A DNA stretch of 63,804 nt, counting the filler, from Choristocarpus tenellus KU-1152 (taxonomy: Eukaryota; Protista; Phaeophyceae), in the NCBI GenBank assembly GCA_964200185.2. It is 12 parts of 12 records of this genome, joined end to end, with 100 filler letters (N's around TTAATTAATTAA, not from the genome) between each part and the next. Parts side by side here need not be neighbours in the genome. Positions count along the whole stretch, not along the records: positions 22,927 to 26,834 come from CAXNAD020017212.1; positions 26,935 to 31,140 come from CAXNAD020015700.1; positions 31,241 to 34,379 come from CAXNAD020022037.1; positions 34,480 to 38,105 come from CAXNAD020018878.1; positions 38,206 to 43,047 come from CAXNAD020012835.1; 7 more parts are not named here. The stretch is one strand, 5' to 3'. The position numbers were made by a program, and so were the translations under genes. The notes beneath the pieces were generated by a model. That model ran no database searches, was not told where the DNA came from, and saw only the letters and a list, made by a program, of their open reading frames with translations. Positions within the stretch are counted from its first letter, which is position 1. Every line of letters starts with the position of its first letter. Below, piece by piece: positions 26,648 through 40,813 of this stretch.

Positions 26648-29421
26648 GTGTGAAGTCTGTTTGCTTGTTTGTTGGGGCGAATGGGGGGTAGACCAGGGAT
26701 GGGGAAGGACCTTTGGGTTGAGAAGGGAAGAAGTGAAAGAGCAGAGTGGGAGGTTGGGGCCCTGGGGGGGAGGGGGGGGGGAGGGATGAAGGGGGGGGGG
26801 GGGGGGAGTGTGGGAGTTTGTTTGTTTCAGATTTNNNNNNNNNNNNNNNNNNNNNNNNNNNNNNNNNNNNNNNNNNNNTTAATTAATTAANNNNNNNNNN
26901 NNNNNNNNNNNNNNNNNNNNNNNNNNNNNNNNNNCTTCTCCATTCCCCCCCCCCCCTCACACACCTGCCAACTCCTGGACATGTCTCCTTCAGCTTCCAT
27001 CGGCCAATTATCTCACTATAATGATTTCTCCTGATCCTGAGATGGTGCTTGTACTGTAGAGCAGTAGGTGTAAGTACTGTTTCTTCCCGGACTTGAGTTT
27101 TTTTTTCTCTGATATTCTGCAGGAAAAGACGACTTTTCTTGTTTTTTAAAAAATTCGTTTCATATTTTTTGTTAATCAACCTCTGTTGGGACAATGATGT
27201 GTGCTACACCAGTGGGTCCCAGATGATGAGGTTTTTTTGTTTGTATCTCCTCCCTGCGAGTGCTCTGTCTCTTTCAGTAGTGACCTCACAAGTGTTGTTA
27301 GTGGTAAAATGGGCCTTCACTGAATGTGTGATTGTGGTAAGTTGTTACCCACTAAATGAGTCCAGCCTTGAAGCTCTTAACCCCATGAAAAAAGGGGTTT
27401 TGAACTACGATTTTTTGTTGTTATTGCTCAGTTGAATTATTTGACCAATAAATAACACACTTAGTATATGGATCATAACTGAAAAAAGTTTGGTTACTCA
27501 TTTTTATTATCTTGTGGAATTGTTGGTTGTGTCATTTGTAGTCATCATAATATTGCTTTGAAGAAGCTCCACCATGTAGCAGTCACAGTAATCTCTGGAG
27601 TACCATGAGGAAAGGCGCATGGTGGGGCTGTGTGTGGGTAGAAGAGGTGGGCTGCATCAGGGACATTCTGTGCCTCCCCCCCCCCTAATGCACTAGCTGA
27701 TGGTTAAACTAGATGTATGAAAGTATGCCTGTGGGGTTGGTGCATAACCCTAACCCTAAAATTGGTTAATGGGGAATTTTAAGCAAATGTTGAAGGCATC
27801 ACAGGCCACGGTCCTCTCTCTCTCTCTCTCTCTCTCTTGGACATGTAAGAACAAACAAATCACATCATGGGCAGACAATGATTTGTTTGTTTCTAACCCT
27901 AACCCTAAGCCAAAGTAAACGAGAGGTACTTCCATACTACTCTGGAGTAATTAATACTATGTTGTATTACTACGCCCTCTTGACGTTTTGTAGATGTGTG
28001 GGGGGAAAAGCGAAGCACATAATATCGTAAATGTGTGTGTTACCCCTATAAAGGTAACAGTTGTTGTAAATGTGAAATGCAGTTAATACTATTAATATAC
28101 ACTCCAAAAACGTGGATAGATATAACCATTTGCTATGATAGTGTGGCGTTAGGTTCCATGATCCAGAGAACCCTAGCGTAGTATACCATCATGATATGAT
28201 GTTTGGACAAAGGAGAAGGCATCTGTGTTCCCACAGACAGGTTCACACAGGGCAACAAAACCATTGATCAGTGTCTGGACTAAGGCTGATGCCCGCTGAG
28301 ACCGAGAGGAGTGCCATGTGTGACGAGATGCAGTGCATACGCCTCCATATTGTGGAGAATACCTAACCAATGAAGATTCGCCTTCTGGAGCTGTTGGAAC
28401 GCTCCTATAGTATGATGTGATGACATGATTGTCGAGCATCTATCCTTCAGGTTGGTAGGGACTAGTTGTTAAAACAACTATGTGATTAGACCTCCTGGGG
28501 AGCAAAAGTTGCTTGGAGATTCTTTATCAGTCACCCTCACCGCCCTCCTACCACCAAGTCAGCAAGGGGTTTCTGGTGCTGAATTTAGTGCGACCATCTG
28601 TTCTATCATGCAGGGCCTGGGAGCATCAATCCGCGCGATCGTATGTACAGGAGGAGTCATAGAAGCTGGGGGTATTGACTCAACTATCGGTCAAGGCTGG
28701 GTGGGCTGCAGTGATACAATCTCTCCAGCAGCACTTGATGTTTGAGGAACACCATGATAAGTCCAGCATGACATCACCAGTCTCCTCAACTATTTGCTTC
28801 AATGTTTTCCGCACCCAGCTGGCAAACCTCCCTCCAGATCAGTGACCTTGAAGGGAATCTTCCTCTACAACCTTGGTGCACCACCACAGAAGTCAGTATG
28901 GGCAACCTTTTAACACTGTCCTTGAATAACCAAGGGAAATTCCATGCAGAGAATTCTACCTCATGGTGAACCAGTCTTTGGGGATGGAGGAAGGATTGTT
29001 CAAGCCCTGCCCTGGGACTGGATGCAAAAGACAAGTGTGGATACTATGCTCGCATGTTCATCCCCTCCTAGTCCAGGAGGAGTTCAGTATCACAACAAGC
29101 TTATGGACAGCCAACTGTTCAGTGTCTGCAGGCGGAAGGGCATTCCTTGAACCCTGGAAAATATATATCCCTCCTCTTCACCGTTGAGATGAATTTCCGC
29201 AAAGAAAATAAATGCGATACTTCATGCCAGGGCACCGTCTAAGGCATCCCAACCACTACTCCCTACCAGGAACAAGGTCTCCTCTTCTTCAATGTCGCGT
29301 TCACAGAGTTCCAGCAAGCGGACATTCATATACAAGACTTATCTATAAAGAATGGTGTTTTGGTGTTGCTGAGCCTGAGACCTGGACGCACAACTCCACA
29401 AAGAAGGATCTTTTGACCCAT

Positions 29422-29663
29422 GAGTCAAAGTAAACAAGAGGTAGGTACCCAATGTCGACAACCCCTGCGCAAAATTCTACTTTTTATACAAATGCGTATA
29501 TACGAATATTTTTATAATCGTATCCAAAAATTTCAAACAGTAGAGAAATAATTTCATCCCTAGAAAATAGGTGAATTTGTGAGAAATTGCAAAAAGTTTG
29601 AGAAGGTGACTTGAAATAATGCAAAACGACGAAAGCCTAAGTACCTCTCATTTACTTCGGCTC
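29422..29663. mobile_element. MITE (AAAGTAAAC subfamily)
   Basis: TIR GAGTCAAAGTAAACAAGAGGTA...TACCTCTCATTTACTTCGGCTC; internal similarity to 57203-57433. Confidence 0.8.
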
Positions 29664-29752
29664 TGAACTTGTCAATCTTTTCTCACCAGCACATTGCGTT
29701 CAACAACTCTCAACGATTTTCTCCCTACTTCGACTTTGTCGCATGAAAGAAT

Positions 29753-30004
29753 GAGCAAAAGCATTTTAGTGGGTAGGGCCACGTCTGTTTGGGGTCATTA
29801 ATGTTGCGATTTTGATCTAATTTTGGCCATCTATCATGTTAGCAAGTGTCCATATCGTTGCTCCCATTTACATACTCCGAAATGTTTCGGATTAGGTAAC
29901 TGTGTTAACAGAAAACCGAAAACAGGGTATAAAGAACCCGTGGGAAGCCAAGTCCCGAACGGACAAACAGGATGTAATCTCCCTACCCTCTGAAATGCTT
30001 TGGA
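29753..30004. mobile_element. Diverged MITE copy (36732-type)
   Basis: Shares tgttgcgattttgat, tccgaaatgtttcgga, tgggaagccaa and a taccctctgaaatgcttt end with 36732-36986. Confidence 0.7.
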
Positions 30005-30959
30005 TAAGAAGAAGCATTGAAATTGGGCATTGCACCACACAGTTTGGTATGTATATGTACACCACACTTAGCCTTTGACAGCAGTTCGAACGACTCCAGA
30101 ATTAAATATAAACTACACCAGAATGTGCACAACTCACAGTACCTTGTGTTACAATACGTAAGAAAACCTATTGAACTAGTGGGTAATTCAATATTCTGGG
30201 AGTGAGTAGGTTTGCTGTCACTACTACAGTGTCACATAACATTTGCTCTTCCCACCCCAAGTCCAAATCACTCATACTTCAAAGTACACAAGAATGAGGA
30301 CAGTTACCTGGGACTTCTACCACTTGTCACATTATGCACTACGTTGATTGGATACCAGTCTGCTAAACTGTATCATGCGTGTCATATTGTGGACTGTATA
30401 TTGCTCTGAGGTTGACCTTGTACTGTGGGTGATGTAAGATGGAGATCATACGCTGATGAAGACTAGTGTCCCACACTCTCTTCCCATTCAAGTCATACGT
30501 ACATCCATACTGCAATCACTGGTATTTAATTTTATGGTCGGCAATACTTACATATAACCTCAAAAGGTTAAGTACTTCTTGATCTCTGCACTTCTATAAC
30601 ACAAATATATGTATACAATTACTCAAGCATGTTAATATGTGCGCCTTAGTCTGAGACTAGGAACCTATTATACCTCTACCATTTCTAACCCCCACCCTTG
30701 GTCAAAGGCACTACACAATACCGTATTTCTCACAAATTACGAAGGAAGCAAATATCTACAGTACTGCGTCTGATTGCACTCTCCCTTGTGCATGTCTTGC
30801 ATCATTGTTACGTGGTGAGTTCTGCCATCCCACTGCTTCTCCCTCCACCTACTCCCTCAAGTAGTCTTGTGCAGTTTTCACCTTGCCACACTGAAGCACT
30901 TCCACCACAGTAAAGTTTTCTGTGTATTTTGATGTTTTGTGGGTAAGTGACAGACGGGA

Positions 30960-31135
30960 GACTCAAAGTATCGAGGGGGTGGCGACTGTCCATTCAGGGT
31001 CCATTTTTCCTTGTCGTGATTCTTGGGTGATTTGATTGCATGCGTCGGACGGATAATGTAAGTGCACTCGTCCTGGTCTGGGCCCAAATGGACACCCTTG
31101 TGTAGACCCCCCCCCCCCACAGATACTTTTGAGCC
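30960..31135. mobile_element. MITE (GGCTCAAAGTATCTG subfamily). Related copies or ends at 17733, 17853, 37886, 54709 and 58278
   Basis: TIR GACTCAAAGTATC...AGATACTTTTGAGCC; internal sequence matches 58278-58440. Confidence 0.8.
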
Positions 31136-31259
31136 AGGAGNNNNNNNNNNNNNNNNNNNNNNNNNNNNNNNNNNNNNNNNNNNNTTAATTAATTAANNNN
31201 NNNNNNNNNNNNNNNNNNNNNNNNNNNNNNNNNNNNNNNNCCATTACTCCATAAATAAT

Positions 31260-32040
31260 TTACCGTAACTGTCCGATAGAGTTGGAAGAGTCTAATCGAA
31301 CACCAGCGTGTCGTCCCCTGTCCAAGTCGGGGCAGTTATTTTTCGTGTGGCCATCTTTGCTACACATGTAACAAACTATGCACTCCTTCCTGCGCACCTT
31401 TCTGTCCGAGGAACTCTTTCCCGCACTCGCAACCAAAGCATGGCCACTCCCAGTAGATTTACCCATGTTGATCGCTTGCAGGTCTTTGTACGTCACCACC
31501 ACCATATCTTCAACCTCCTTCACCGTCTTCGTTTCCCGTAATCCACGAAGCTCTTGACTTGGGAGTAGTTCTCCCCTAGCTTGTTCAGAATGGTAGCCAC
31601 CTTTGGTCTCTTCTGCTATCACCTCTCCCATCCACTCCAGTCGTGTAGTTAATCTTGATAACTCTGTAAGCCCTGGCGACGGGTCCTTCCTGTCGTCAAT
31701 AGTCAGGTGATCCAGCTCCTGGCGTATGCACCTGGCCTCCTAGTGGATCTTTGGCATGAAGCCTGCATCAAGGGCACACCACCCTGCACTTGGAGATCCA
31801 GGCGCAATGAACACATGCAAGGCACGGTCTTGCAGCATGATCAGCACCAGCTGCCACGCTTTTGTTGCCCGTTTAGTTGCCAATTGAAGGTCCATGTTGC
31901 TGGCCATAACAGGAACTGTTACCGTAGGAGGTTGCTCCATGTCGTTGTCTTCGTCACTCAGCGAACTCGGTGATTCCTCATCCACTGCCCAGATGGGCCC
32001 CCCACAGAAAATATCTGGGCCACGAAGAGCCGTTGCACGA
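31260..32040 (-). mobile_element. Ty1/copia-like gag remnant
   Basis: KAWQLVLIML...SPSAGWCALDAGFMPK...DP.PGLTELSRL (UBN2/gag_2-like) plus the CCHC knuckle CYMCSKDGHTKNNCP; contains stops. Confidence 0.7.
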
Positions 32041-35000
32041 TAATGAACGCCAAGCGTGGCCTGAGCCTATGCAAAAGAGAGCTATTCCAATAGAGTATTT
32101 GCTTTATGTGGTATGGATGCATTTATTAGCGGAGTGAGCACATTCCTCGGTGGGGGGATTCTCTCCCTTCTATTATTATCTATTGCGCACGTCAGCAGAT
32201 ACGCAAAAAAAAGTGTCTGTGTCAGTCGCACTACGTCAGCGACTTCTATGAAACAAAAGTAAGAAACCAATCCATCGACACCCGAACCTGTTGGTCTGAG
32301 CACATGGAAACAAGTCCTTGACAGTTACTTCATTCAGGCAATACTCCTGCTGTACAGTACCGATCACTAAACACGTAACAGCCTATAGACTACCTAGCCT
32401 ATATTGCACAGAGCTTCAACGCAAAGGAGTAGAAGTCTTTGCCCAGCTTTCCGGCGAATGTTGGCAGTGATGTGATCTTGGTGGTGCTGAATGACATCTT
32501 GTAAAATTACTTGCTCACTACTAGCCTCGTCAACCAGCACAACATCCCAGGAATAATGAACATGCTACGTAGCGTGTTGAAATATTCCACACTGGACCCG
32601 TGGCTTTGGTGTTCTGATGAAAGAAAATGAGTAGCTTGATGTAGATATGCAAAGTTAATACTACAAGGGGCTAGTGGTCTCGATTCCGCTTACTGAGTAC
32701 GTGGGTGAGACTAGCCTAGACTATAATTATTTTTTCTGTAGTGTGGGGTTTGTAATCGTCCACACTAACACTAAATTACTATGAATCACTTATTTTATTG
32801 TCGTAAGTATAGAAAGTGTATCTTGAACTCGACATAAAAATCAATCAATACTATGAGTCAGTACAAATAATATATCTGTCACTGGCTCTTTATCCTAATA
32901 CATAATCCACCGGTGGTGTCTATGTGTATCAGCAGCACTATCTACGAACATAATACAGGTGAAATTTCTCTCGACTAAGTCTTTCAACCTCCTTTAAAAC
33001 AGATTTGGATGTGTGATATCATCGATACAACAAATGAAGGTACCACTCTTCCACAGACAATTTCGATGACCTGGACTGATGACTGCAATATTGAGGTGAC
33101 ATGGAGAAGAGTCGATATGACTTTAATGCGTAGGAACAATGTTTCCTCCTGCCTTATGAATTGAAGTGCACCTACTGGATGAAAACATTGAGAAGTAGTA
33201 CAAATATATGGTCGAGTAAGGTACTTGGTAATGAGTACACTGATCATGGTGCAAGGGAACATTTCACCAACTCACATAACAATACTTCAGATTCAGGCCT
33301 GAGAGTTGCACGTGGTTGACGCTAAGTTCGTTCTGACAAGGAGACATGCACTTACACTCCCTCGTTGTTTGCATCACTACTCCGGACAATTTGACTCCTT
33401 CTAGGCATTTATGCTCAAAACAATCACTTCAACCATCAACGGGATGACTTCTGTTCTCAAGTCCATGCCTTATCCAGCTGGAGATGAAAAGGACATCTGC
33501 ATGGTCGAGGTAGGCTGTCCGGCTAGATTATTTTTTTCGTTGACTAGAAACTCACTACAACTTTGTAGGATTCTACCCTGCTGTATATATATATATATCT
33601 ATATAAATCGCCACGCACTCCTGCAATGGATTATATTCGTTTATGGGATTGTGCACATGCAACACCACTTATCACTGCCGTAATACTTAAATCAAATCCA
33701 GCTCGTGTTCGAGGAGAAAGAGATTAAGTGTACAGGCGAACAGCGTGAGCATTTCTTCTTGTGTTCCAAAGAAGTGCGAGCATTTGTTACATGCGAATAG
33801 CGCGAGCACTTCTTCCCATGTTTTGGCAAACACGAACATTTGTGACAGAAGTATAATGTGAGCATTGTTTATAGCGTCCTAACAAGTGCGAGCAAAATAC
33901 GATATTAGTAACACATAGGTAGCTGTTGAAACCTGAATCGAATGCATTATATATGATACATATACTACGAAGGAAGAGGAATCAGTGTGTTGTAAAGCAC
34001 CGATGAGTAGGGAGCGTAGTCTGTGGTATGAGTAGGTGTGATTGTAAAGTAAAGCACTGATGTATTTGTTCTGTTGCACCTGAAGTCATTGATCTCTCAG
34101 TTAAGAATGATGTGATGTGAATACAGTGTTATTTCATGGTATACTTAGTAAGAGAAGTACATGCTCTGTGAAGAGGCTTGTTACCTTGGCTGGCAAGGGT
34201 TTCAGTAGATGGTTTTATCTCTGGGCGTATTACGTCCAAGTGTGCGTCAGGGGCACTATTGCAGAATGAGCTTGAGGTGCTCAGTGAGGGTCAATCAATA
34301 AAATAATAAACATTTACCTTGCATCTGCGGTCTTGTTCATATAAAAAGGAAGAACAGAGATGGCAACAACAACAAGATANNNNNNNNNNNNNNNNNNNNN
34401 NNNNNNNNNNNNNNNNNNNNNNNTTAATTAATTAANNNNNNNNNNNNNNNNNNNNNNNNNNNNNNNNNNNNNNNNNNNNCTCGTAGCGTCGTTTTGAGGT
34501 CGTTAGATTTGAGTTGTACACCCTGGAAGGTGAGCATTGAGGGGCGCCTGCAACACTTCTGTTCAATTGGAGGGAATGGGTCTGCATTGTTGCATCTGTG
34601 GCCCACTCTCAGCAAGGAACGTTATTGTTATACACTCATGTCTGTATATGTCTGTGCTCATATTTCTTTCAGGAGGGAGAGCCTTTCTATGGCAATGCCG
34701 AATTTTTATGAGAATGTGAGATAATAATTTTGTGTCTTGTAGTTGTGTTACACAGGCGAATAGCGCGAGCATTTCTTCTCATGCCTTAGCAAACACGAAC
34801 GTTTGTGACAGACAAATAGTGCAAGGATTGTTTCTTGCGTTCTAACAAGTGCGAACAATATACGAGATTAGTAACACATAGGTAGCCTTACAGAACAAAT
34901 GCTGATTTCGTGTAAGATACAGAGTAAGATTTGCAATGCATACGTAACATTACAGAAGAAAATGTCAAAGTTCCTAAGAAGTTGCAGAATAAAGGTTTAT

Positions 35001-36731
35001 GATTGGAGTACGTATAGAGCAGTTGCATAGAAGACCAAAGAAATTGGGTGGACGATAAAAATAATAAGAGGGCTTTTAGTGAAGACACTTCTACCCCTCT
35101 TACCAGCCTTTTATCTTGAACGAAACTTTGAGTCGAGCTTTGAGCTAAGCACTGGGCGGAATATCAAGAGAGAAAGCTACCTGATACCCTACAAACTGTT
35201 ACCAAGGGCAATGCCCCCATAGCGTCGTTTTAAGGTCGTTGGATTTGAATTACACATCCTGTGGAGGTGAGTTCCGGGGCACGCTGTAACAGTTGTATGT
35301 TTTTCTAGTTCTGAAGGAGGAGGATTTATGGTAATACCCCTCATTCAGTGTTTCTGTGATTTTGTGTCTGTATTCGTTTGTGTTCGATGGTTTTGAAGAG
35401 GTGGCATCTTTCTATGACAGAACCGAACTGTTTTTATTATTGTGAGACGTTTTTGCCTGTATTTGTTTACATGTTCATCATAGTTCTGAAGGAGGGAGAG
35501 CCTCTCAATGGCAGGACCCTATTTCCTTGTGACTGTGATACATAATTTTTTGTCTGTATTTCTTTGTGTTCCATGGCTTTGAAAGGGGGAGAGTCCTTTT
35601 TCGACAGTACCCTATTTTGACACCAGTGTGAGACTCTGGTGTAGGAGGTTTTCAAATACAAAGTAAGTGCTGCGGGGTACCAGTTTCATGCTAGCATTTC
35701 TGTTTTCCGAGGGCAACCTTGGAAGGGGGTTCTTCCCCCAGGTTTCCTCCTCCGCTGGATCCCCAGTGGTGCCTACTAATATGTTAGGACCTGGAAGTGA
35801 CATTCATTTCATTTCTGCTACGTTCATGATAGGATAAGGAGTGACATCATATTTCCTTCTCCAATTGCCTGTTCTTTGTATTGAAGCAGCTATGCTTCAT
35901 GCTGGGGGGCAAGCCACTGGTGATAGGTGTTAATGGCGGTTTCATAAGCGCCATTAAGACCTTGAAGTTCTAGATTTGATATATTTGTACTTCTTAGCTA
36001 TTTATTTATTAATTAGTCATTATGATGCTGCATAGAGGTGGCACATCTTTGTTCAGTCCTACTATACCCCCATGAAAGCAATAGAGTGAGTAATCGAAGT
36101 GAGAGATCCAGCATATTTGATGACTTTTCCTTTGTGGCACCTTCTATGAGCTCCATCATACACATAGAGCCTTGTGGATGGAAGCTACACATCCCATCAT
36201 AGTAAGCTTGCAGAGCATTTTGTATCATGGAGGTCCTACCGAGACATACATCCTTGAGGACTGGAGCTGCACATCCCATCATGGTACGCACGAGGAGCGT
36301 TTTGTAACATGGAGGTCCTACTGAGACTGTGAACCGGAGCTACATATCCCATCAAAAATGGTAACAGTAGTGTGAATTGATTAGAGGACTAGTCCTGACG
36401 TAGGCGGCCATTGGTAACGGCAGACATGCTATGAGAAGTGCTGAGTATAAAAGAACGACACCAGCCACAGTAGTTGAAGAAAGTGGGGAGTAAGTCGAGT
36501 CTGACTTTGAGGTCAAAGACAGGGAGGCAGTTAGCAGGCCTGAGTACTGTGCAAGGACTCCAGGAGAGGGCCTGCAACAACTTTTCCCACTCCCTGTGAA
36601 GTTTGTGGTTTACAACGATGATGATGGGGAAGGATATCGCACTCTTGGGAGAAACTTTCTTATGTGTATTTCTATGGGTGGATGGAGAGCGTTATTTTCA
36701 CACAGAACCATGTAACGGTGAGCTGCGCCAA

Positions 36732-36986
36732 GAGCCAAAGTATCTTAGAGGGTAGAGCCATGTCCATTTAGAGGTCAAAATCCAATGTTGCAATTTTGAT
36801 GTTATTTTGGCTATCGTGTTAGGAAGTGTCAATATCCTTGTTCCGCACACACATTTCCGTAACATACACATTTTACCAACTCCGAAACATTTCGGAGTAG
36901 AAAAATGTCACAAAATTAAACATGGGAAGCCAAACTCCAAATGGACAAAGAGGGCAAAACTCGTACCCTCTAAGATACTTTCGCTC
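36732..36986. mobile_element. MITE, 255 bp, with 4-bp flanking duplication CCAA
   Basis: TIR GAGCCAAAGTATCTTAGAGGGTA...TACCCTCTAAGATACTTTCGCTC; ccaa on both sides; copies at 54896-55154 and 63747-63804. Confidence 0.88.
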
Positions 36987-36999
36987 CCAAGTTTGATGC

Positions 37000-37660
37000 A
37001 ACGAGATGGACTAAGAAGGAAATCTAAGAAGCAAGTATGACTATGGCGACTTTGGACATGTGAATAGGTGGACTTGCTCAAAAGATTATGAAAATTGTCG
37101 CAGTCCATCCAAGGAGTTTGAGGCACTATGGAACCATTTCGCACTTATCGGGATTATGGAAGGAGGCATTTTGCAGTCTACGCTAAGTTCTCATCTACCT
37201 GTAGGGGAAGATCCGACTCTTGCTATCTTGCAGTTGGACAAGCTGGTGAAGAAGACGAGGTTGATTGATGACGAACCTAGGGAGAAGGGCCAGTTAAGGT
37301 GCACAATTGCCTTGCTGAGGCATACTTTGTGGAGATCTTACAGGCAGGAAGAGGGTATGTACACTCGATCTTCAAAGGGAAGCTTTCGAGGCATACAGGA
37401 TGGAAGAAGGTCAACAAGAAAGATGGAAAGCAATAGTGGGCCTCTGATATCTGCTAGAGCCTGTACAAGAGGTGGAACTAGGGCGTAATGCAAGGATCAA
37501 AAACCAGAACGTGTGGAGTGCTGACAGAGTGGAGGACTACAATTTCAATCTTCTTGCCCTTCTGTTGTTTCCTCGTGTTCTGGATCTTACTGAAGTGCCT
37601 GCTCTGTTTGTGGAGTGATAGGGCGCAAGGCTTACAGCTGCCCTAAACACAATGGGGCCA
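37000..37660 (+). mobile_element. Second copia-like gag remnant
   Basis: SPSKEFEALWNHF...VGEDPTLAILQLDKL and a degenerate knuckle CSVCGVIGRKAYSCP. Confidence 0.55.
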
Positions 37661-38213
37661 TTGGGGTGACTGGGCAAGGATCAAGTCATTCTGGATCAAC
37701 CACTAGAAGAAAGAGGAGAAAAGGGAAGGGAAAGAGAGAGGAGATGGTAACAATGCTGGTGAAGCTGGAGATGGGGGAAGCAAACCAAATGGTACTCCAA
37801 TAAACTTGTTGAATCTTGTCGCTTTAGGTAGGGAAGCAGTAAGGTATAGAATTGTGTTGGACTGGGAAAATCTCTTTGAAATGAAGGTCAAAGTGTCTGA
37901 GGGGGGGGGGGGGTCCCTAGCCCAGGGTGTCCATTCAGGCCCTGACCAGGTGTTGGAAAAATGATTGATTTGAGTGTCTTTAATCGTGGAGGGTTGGTCC
38001 TGTCTTAGTGAGGTGTGGAATATCCTGCACTTCACATATGTCCTTGGCGCATGTATTTGTCTGGATTGTGTTATGATATCAAGATCGAAAAATGGGCCCC
38101 GAATGNNNNNNNNNNNNNNNNNNNNNNNNNNNNNNNNNNNNNNNNNNNNTTAATTAATTAANNNNNNNNNNNNNNNNNNNNNNNNNNNNNNNNNNNNNNN
38201 NNNNNCCCCCCCT

Positions 38214-38246
<33 letters not shown>

Positions 38247-38699
38247 GGGAGCTGCAGCTGCAAGGAACATCGCCTTCACAACGTAGCAATTATTCTGTGC
38301 CCACGGGGGGTTTGGGGGGGTACTCCGTGGGGTGCAGGTACACACATCTTGCCCATCCTTGAGGGTGTAAAATCACTTCTTGCCCGCATGTGACTAGTCA
38401 TCCAATACAAAAAAAAAATCGGTGCGAAGCAAAACGCCTCCTATGGAGACACCACGGTTCAACACCCGAGCGCAGAGATGGACCAGGAAAACAAAACAAT
38501 TAAAAAGTAGCTGAGACTGGGCAACCAACCCGACCCGTCCGTATACACCAGGCATCTATCTCCTCATCATTCCCTAACCCTGACCAACCTCATCAACAAA
38601 CAAAATCACACAATATTAAGCAGGCAAAAAAGGCCCATGGGAAAGTATACCAGCATGATTGATAACCGCCTTCCATATATTGATTTCTCCTGGAGACAG

Positions 38700-40813
38700 G
38701 CACTGTTACACGTTTCGAACAAATTTATCGTAGTAGGGCTGGGGGTCCCTCAATTGATAGAACAGCACAACAGGACGTCTTGGGGAAATTTTCATCCTAA
38801 AAAAATCGATAACAGATTCTTGCAACCAAGAGTTTGAAAGGACTGGATATGGATCCCTCTCACCAAGTCTGTTACTTAACCACATCTTTGCTTCATCTTC
38901 ACAGGTTTAATAGCCATAATTTACACTTTGAAGACTGTTCCGAGAAGTATCAGACATACATCGTGCCGTACAATCATACACTCCAGAGTACTTGTGCATT
39001 AGTAGGGTTAGGGTAAGGGGTAGGTGTGAACAAACACTAGGATATGTACGCTTCTCATTGTGTTAAAGCATTGGATTGTGCACTGGACACCACATTCTAT
39101 GACACACACACACACACAGACAAATGCATGCATCACCTGTACACCTTACATATGCATAAATACATTACATACACATAAATACCTTACATACACACATACA
39201 CGTGTGCTACTAACACACAACAGACTCACGTTGAGCCTCTTCTGCATCACCTGCAGCTTCCTCATCGACGGAAGGTACATCCACTTCCGCTGCCCCCCCT
39301 TCCTCCCCTTCTTCCTCTCGCTCTTCTTCCTCCTCTTCCTCCTCTTCCTCATCATCATCAACTGCAGCACCTTCCACCCCCCCCTCCTCTTCTCCCTCCC
39401 CCCCTTGCCCTCCTCCCCCTCCCCCTCCCCCTCCCCCTCCCCCTCCTCTTCTCCCTCCCCACCTGTGCCCTCCTCTCCCTCCTCCTCCTCCTCCTCCTCC
39501 TCCTCCTCATCATCACCAACACCTGCCTCAGCCTCCACCTCAGAATCTTCCTCCATATCAATCCTCCAATAGTAAGAGAACACAAAAGAAAGTAATAGTG
39601 TTAACATCACTATTGTACGGTAGCAGTAATGTATTGGACGTTCTTACGACAACAGCCCAGCAGTGAATGAAGGAAGGGATCGAGGAAAATGGGTGGGTGG
39701 GAGGGTGACAAGGTGGAATTTCAGAAGTAGCCCAGCTCAAAGAAACTCGGTTTCTTCCCACTCAGCAAAATGGAAAAAATAGTATAATAGCAATCAGAAT
39801 GGTTGGGACTGTGAAGGCCATGATTTCAAAGCAGCTCCTAGCGAGCCTAGTTGACACGTCACACGACCCGAACCCACTCACCCCTCTAACTCAACATCAG
39901 AATCACTGTTGTCCTCATCTTTCCCTCCTGCCACACCATTTTCATCTGGAAGTCCACCATTCTCCTCCATTTCCATGGGTGTGACGTCTTCTTCCGGCAT
40001 TGGCCCTGGCCTAGTATGGGAGATCACGATGAGAGGGGGGAAGACAAGGGTGGGTTGAAACTTGTCAGTGTATGTAACCCTTTCAAGTTTAAGTGGTATT
40101 TTGGCGGGAGGCAGGGGTGACATTTTTGTGGCCACATAGTCGGTGCTAAAGTCAATGGATGCCCTCCCCAAGACTCGCAAGATTACTCTGTAAATGGCAT
40201 GGAAACCTGCAGCCTAGACCCATAGGCTCTGCTCTAGGTGTACCAGTTGTCAGCAGGACAAGAGCGTTGAACTACTGACATTCAGCGAAGAAATATATCA
40301 TAACATTTCCAAGGTTTACGCCAAAGCCAAAGGTTTTCCACCCATTAGCAAAGACCCAATACTACAAGTAAGGATGCAAGGGCCGCATCATCCGCGTGAA
40401 CGGTGATGTGGTAAGAGATTAGGCGCCAGCACTATGTCATGGTAAAAGTCACTCAATTTGATACAAACCTTATTCATAAGTACACATATTAGGTGGACTG
40501 ATGTTAAGGGATTGCAAGGGCTTGGCCAGGACCATGGTTCAAAGAGGGGTAGAGATGGGGGATAAGCGCCAGACCCAACCATCATCCGCAGGTAATCTTG
40601 CCCCCTCATTAGCAGAACCATTCCTTTACTCTAAGGTCAAGATACTCACTCTCTCACTCAAAATGATCTAACAGAGCGTAGTACCTCCTCCCTTTGAATT
40701 CCGCTCAGGATTGGGCTTGACAAGGACCGTATTTCCCACTCCTGTAAACCAGATAGGTGTTCCATCACCCTTAACCAAACTTTGTATCCCCCTGGGATAG
40801 ACCTCCACCCATC
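38700..40813 (-). CDS. Unknown multi-exon protein with possible N-myristoylation start (MGGGLS) and a long Glu/Gly-rich acidic tract
   Basis: Exon-like segments with AG/GT boundaries: MGGGLSQGDTKF|GVGNTVLVKPNPERNSKGG, LRVLGRASIDFSTDYVATK...DSDVELE, a poly-E/G exon at ~39230-39570, and an open segment ending ...PQPYYDKFVRNV*. Confidence 0.45.

Noticed and set aside
28170-29420. Coding-like stretch between MITE ends (possible autonomous element)
   Set aside because: No intact ORF or recognisable transposase motif, and the right TIR is explained by the 29422-29663 MITE.
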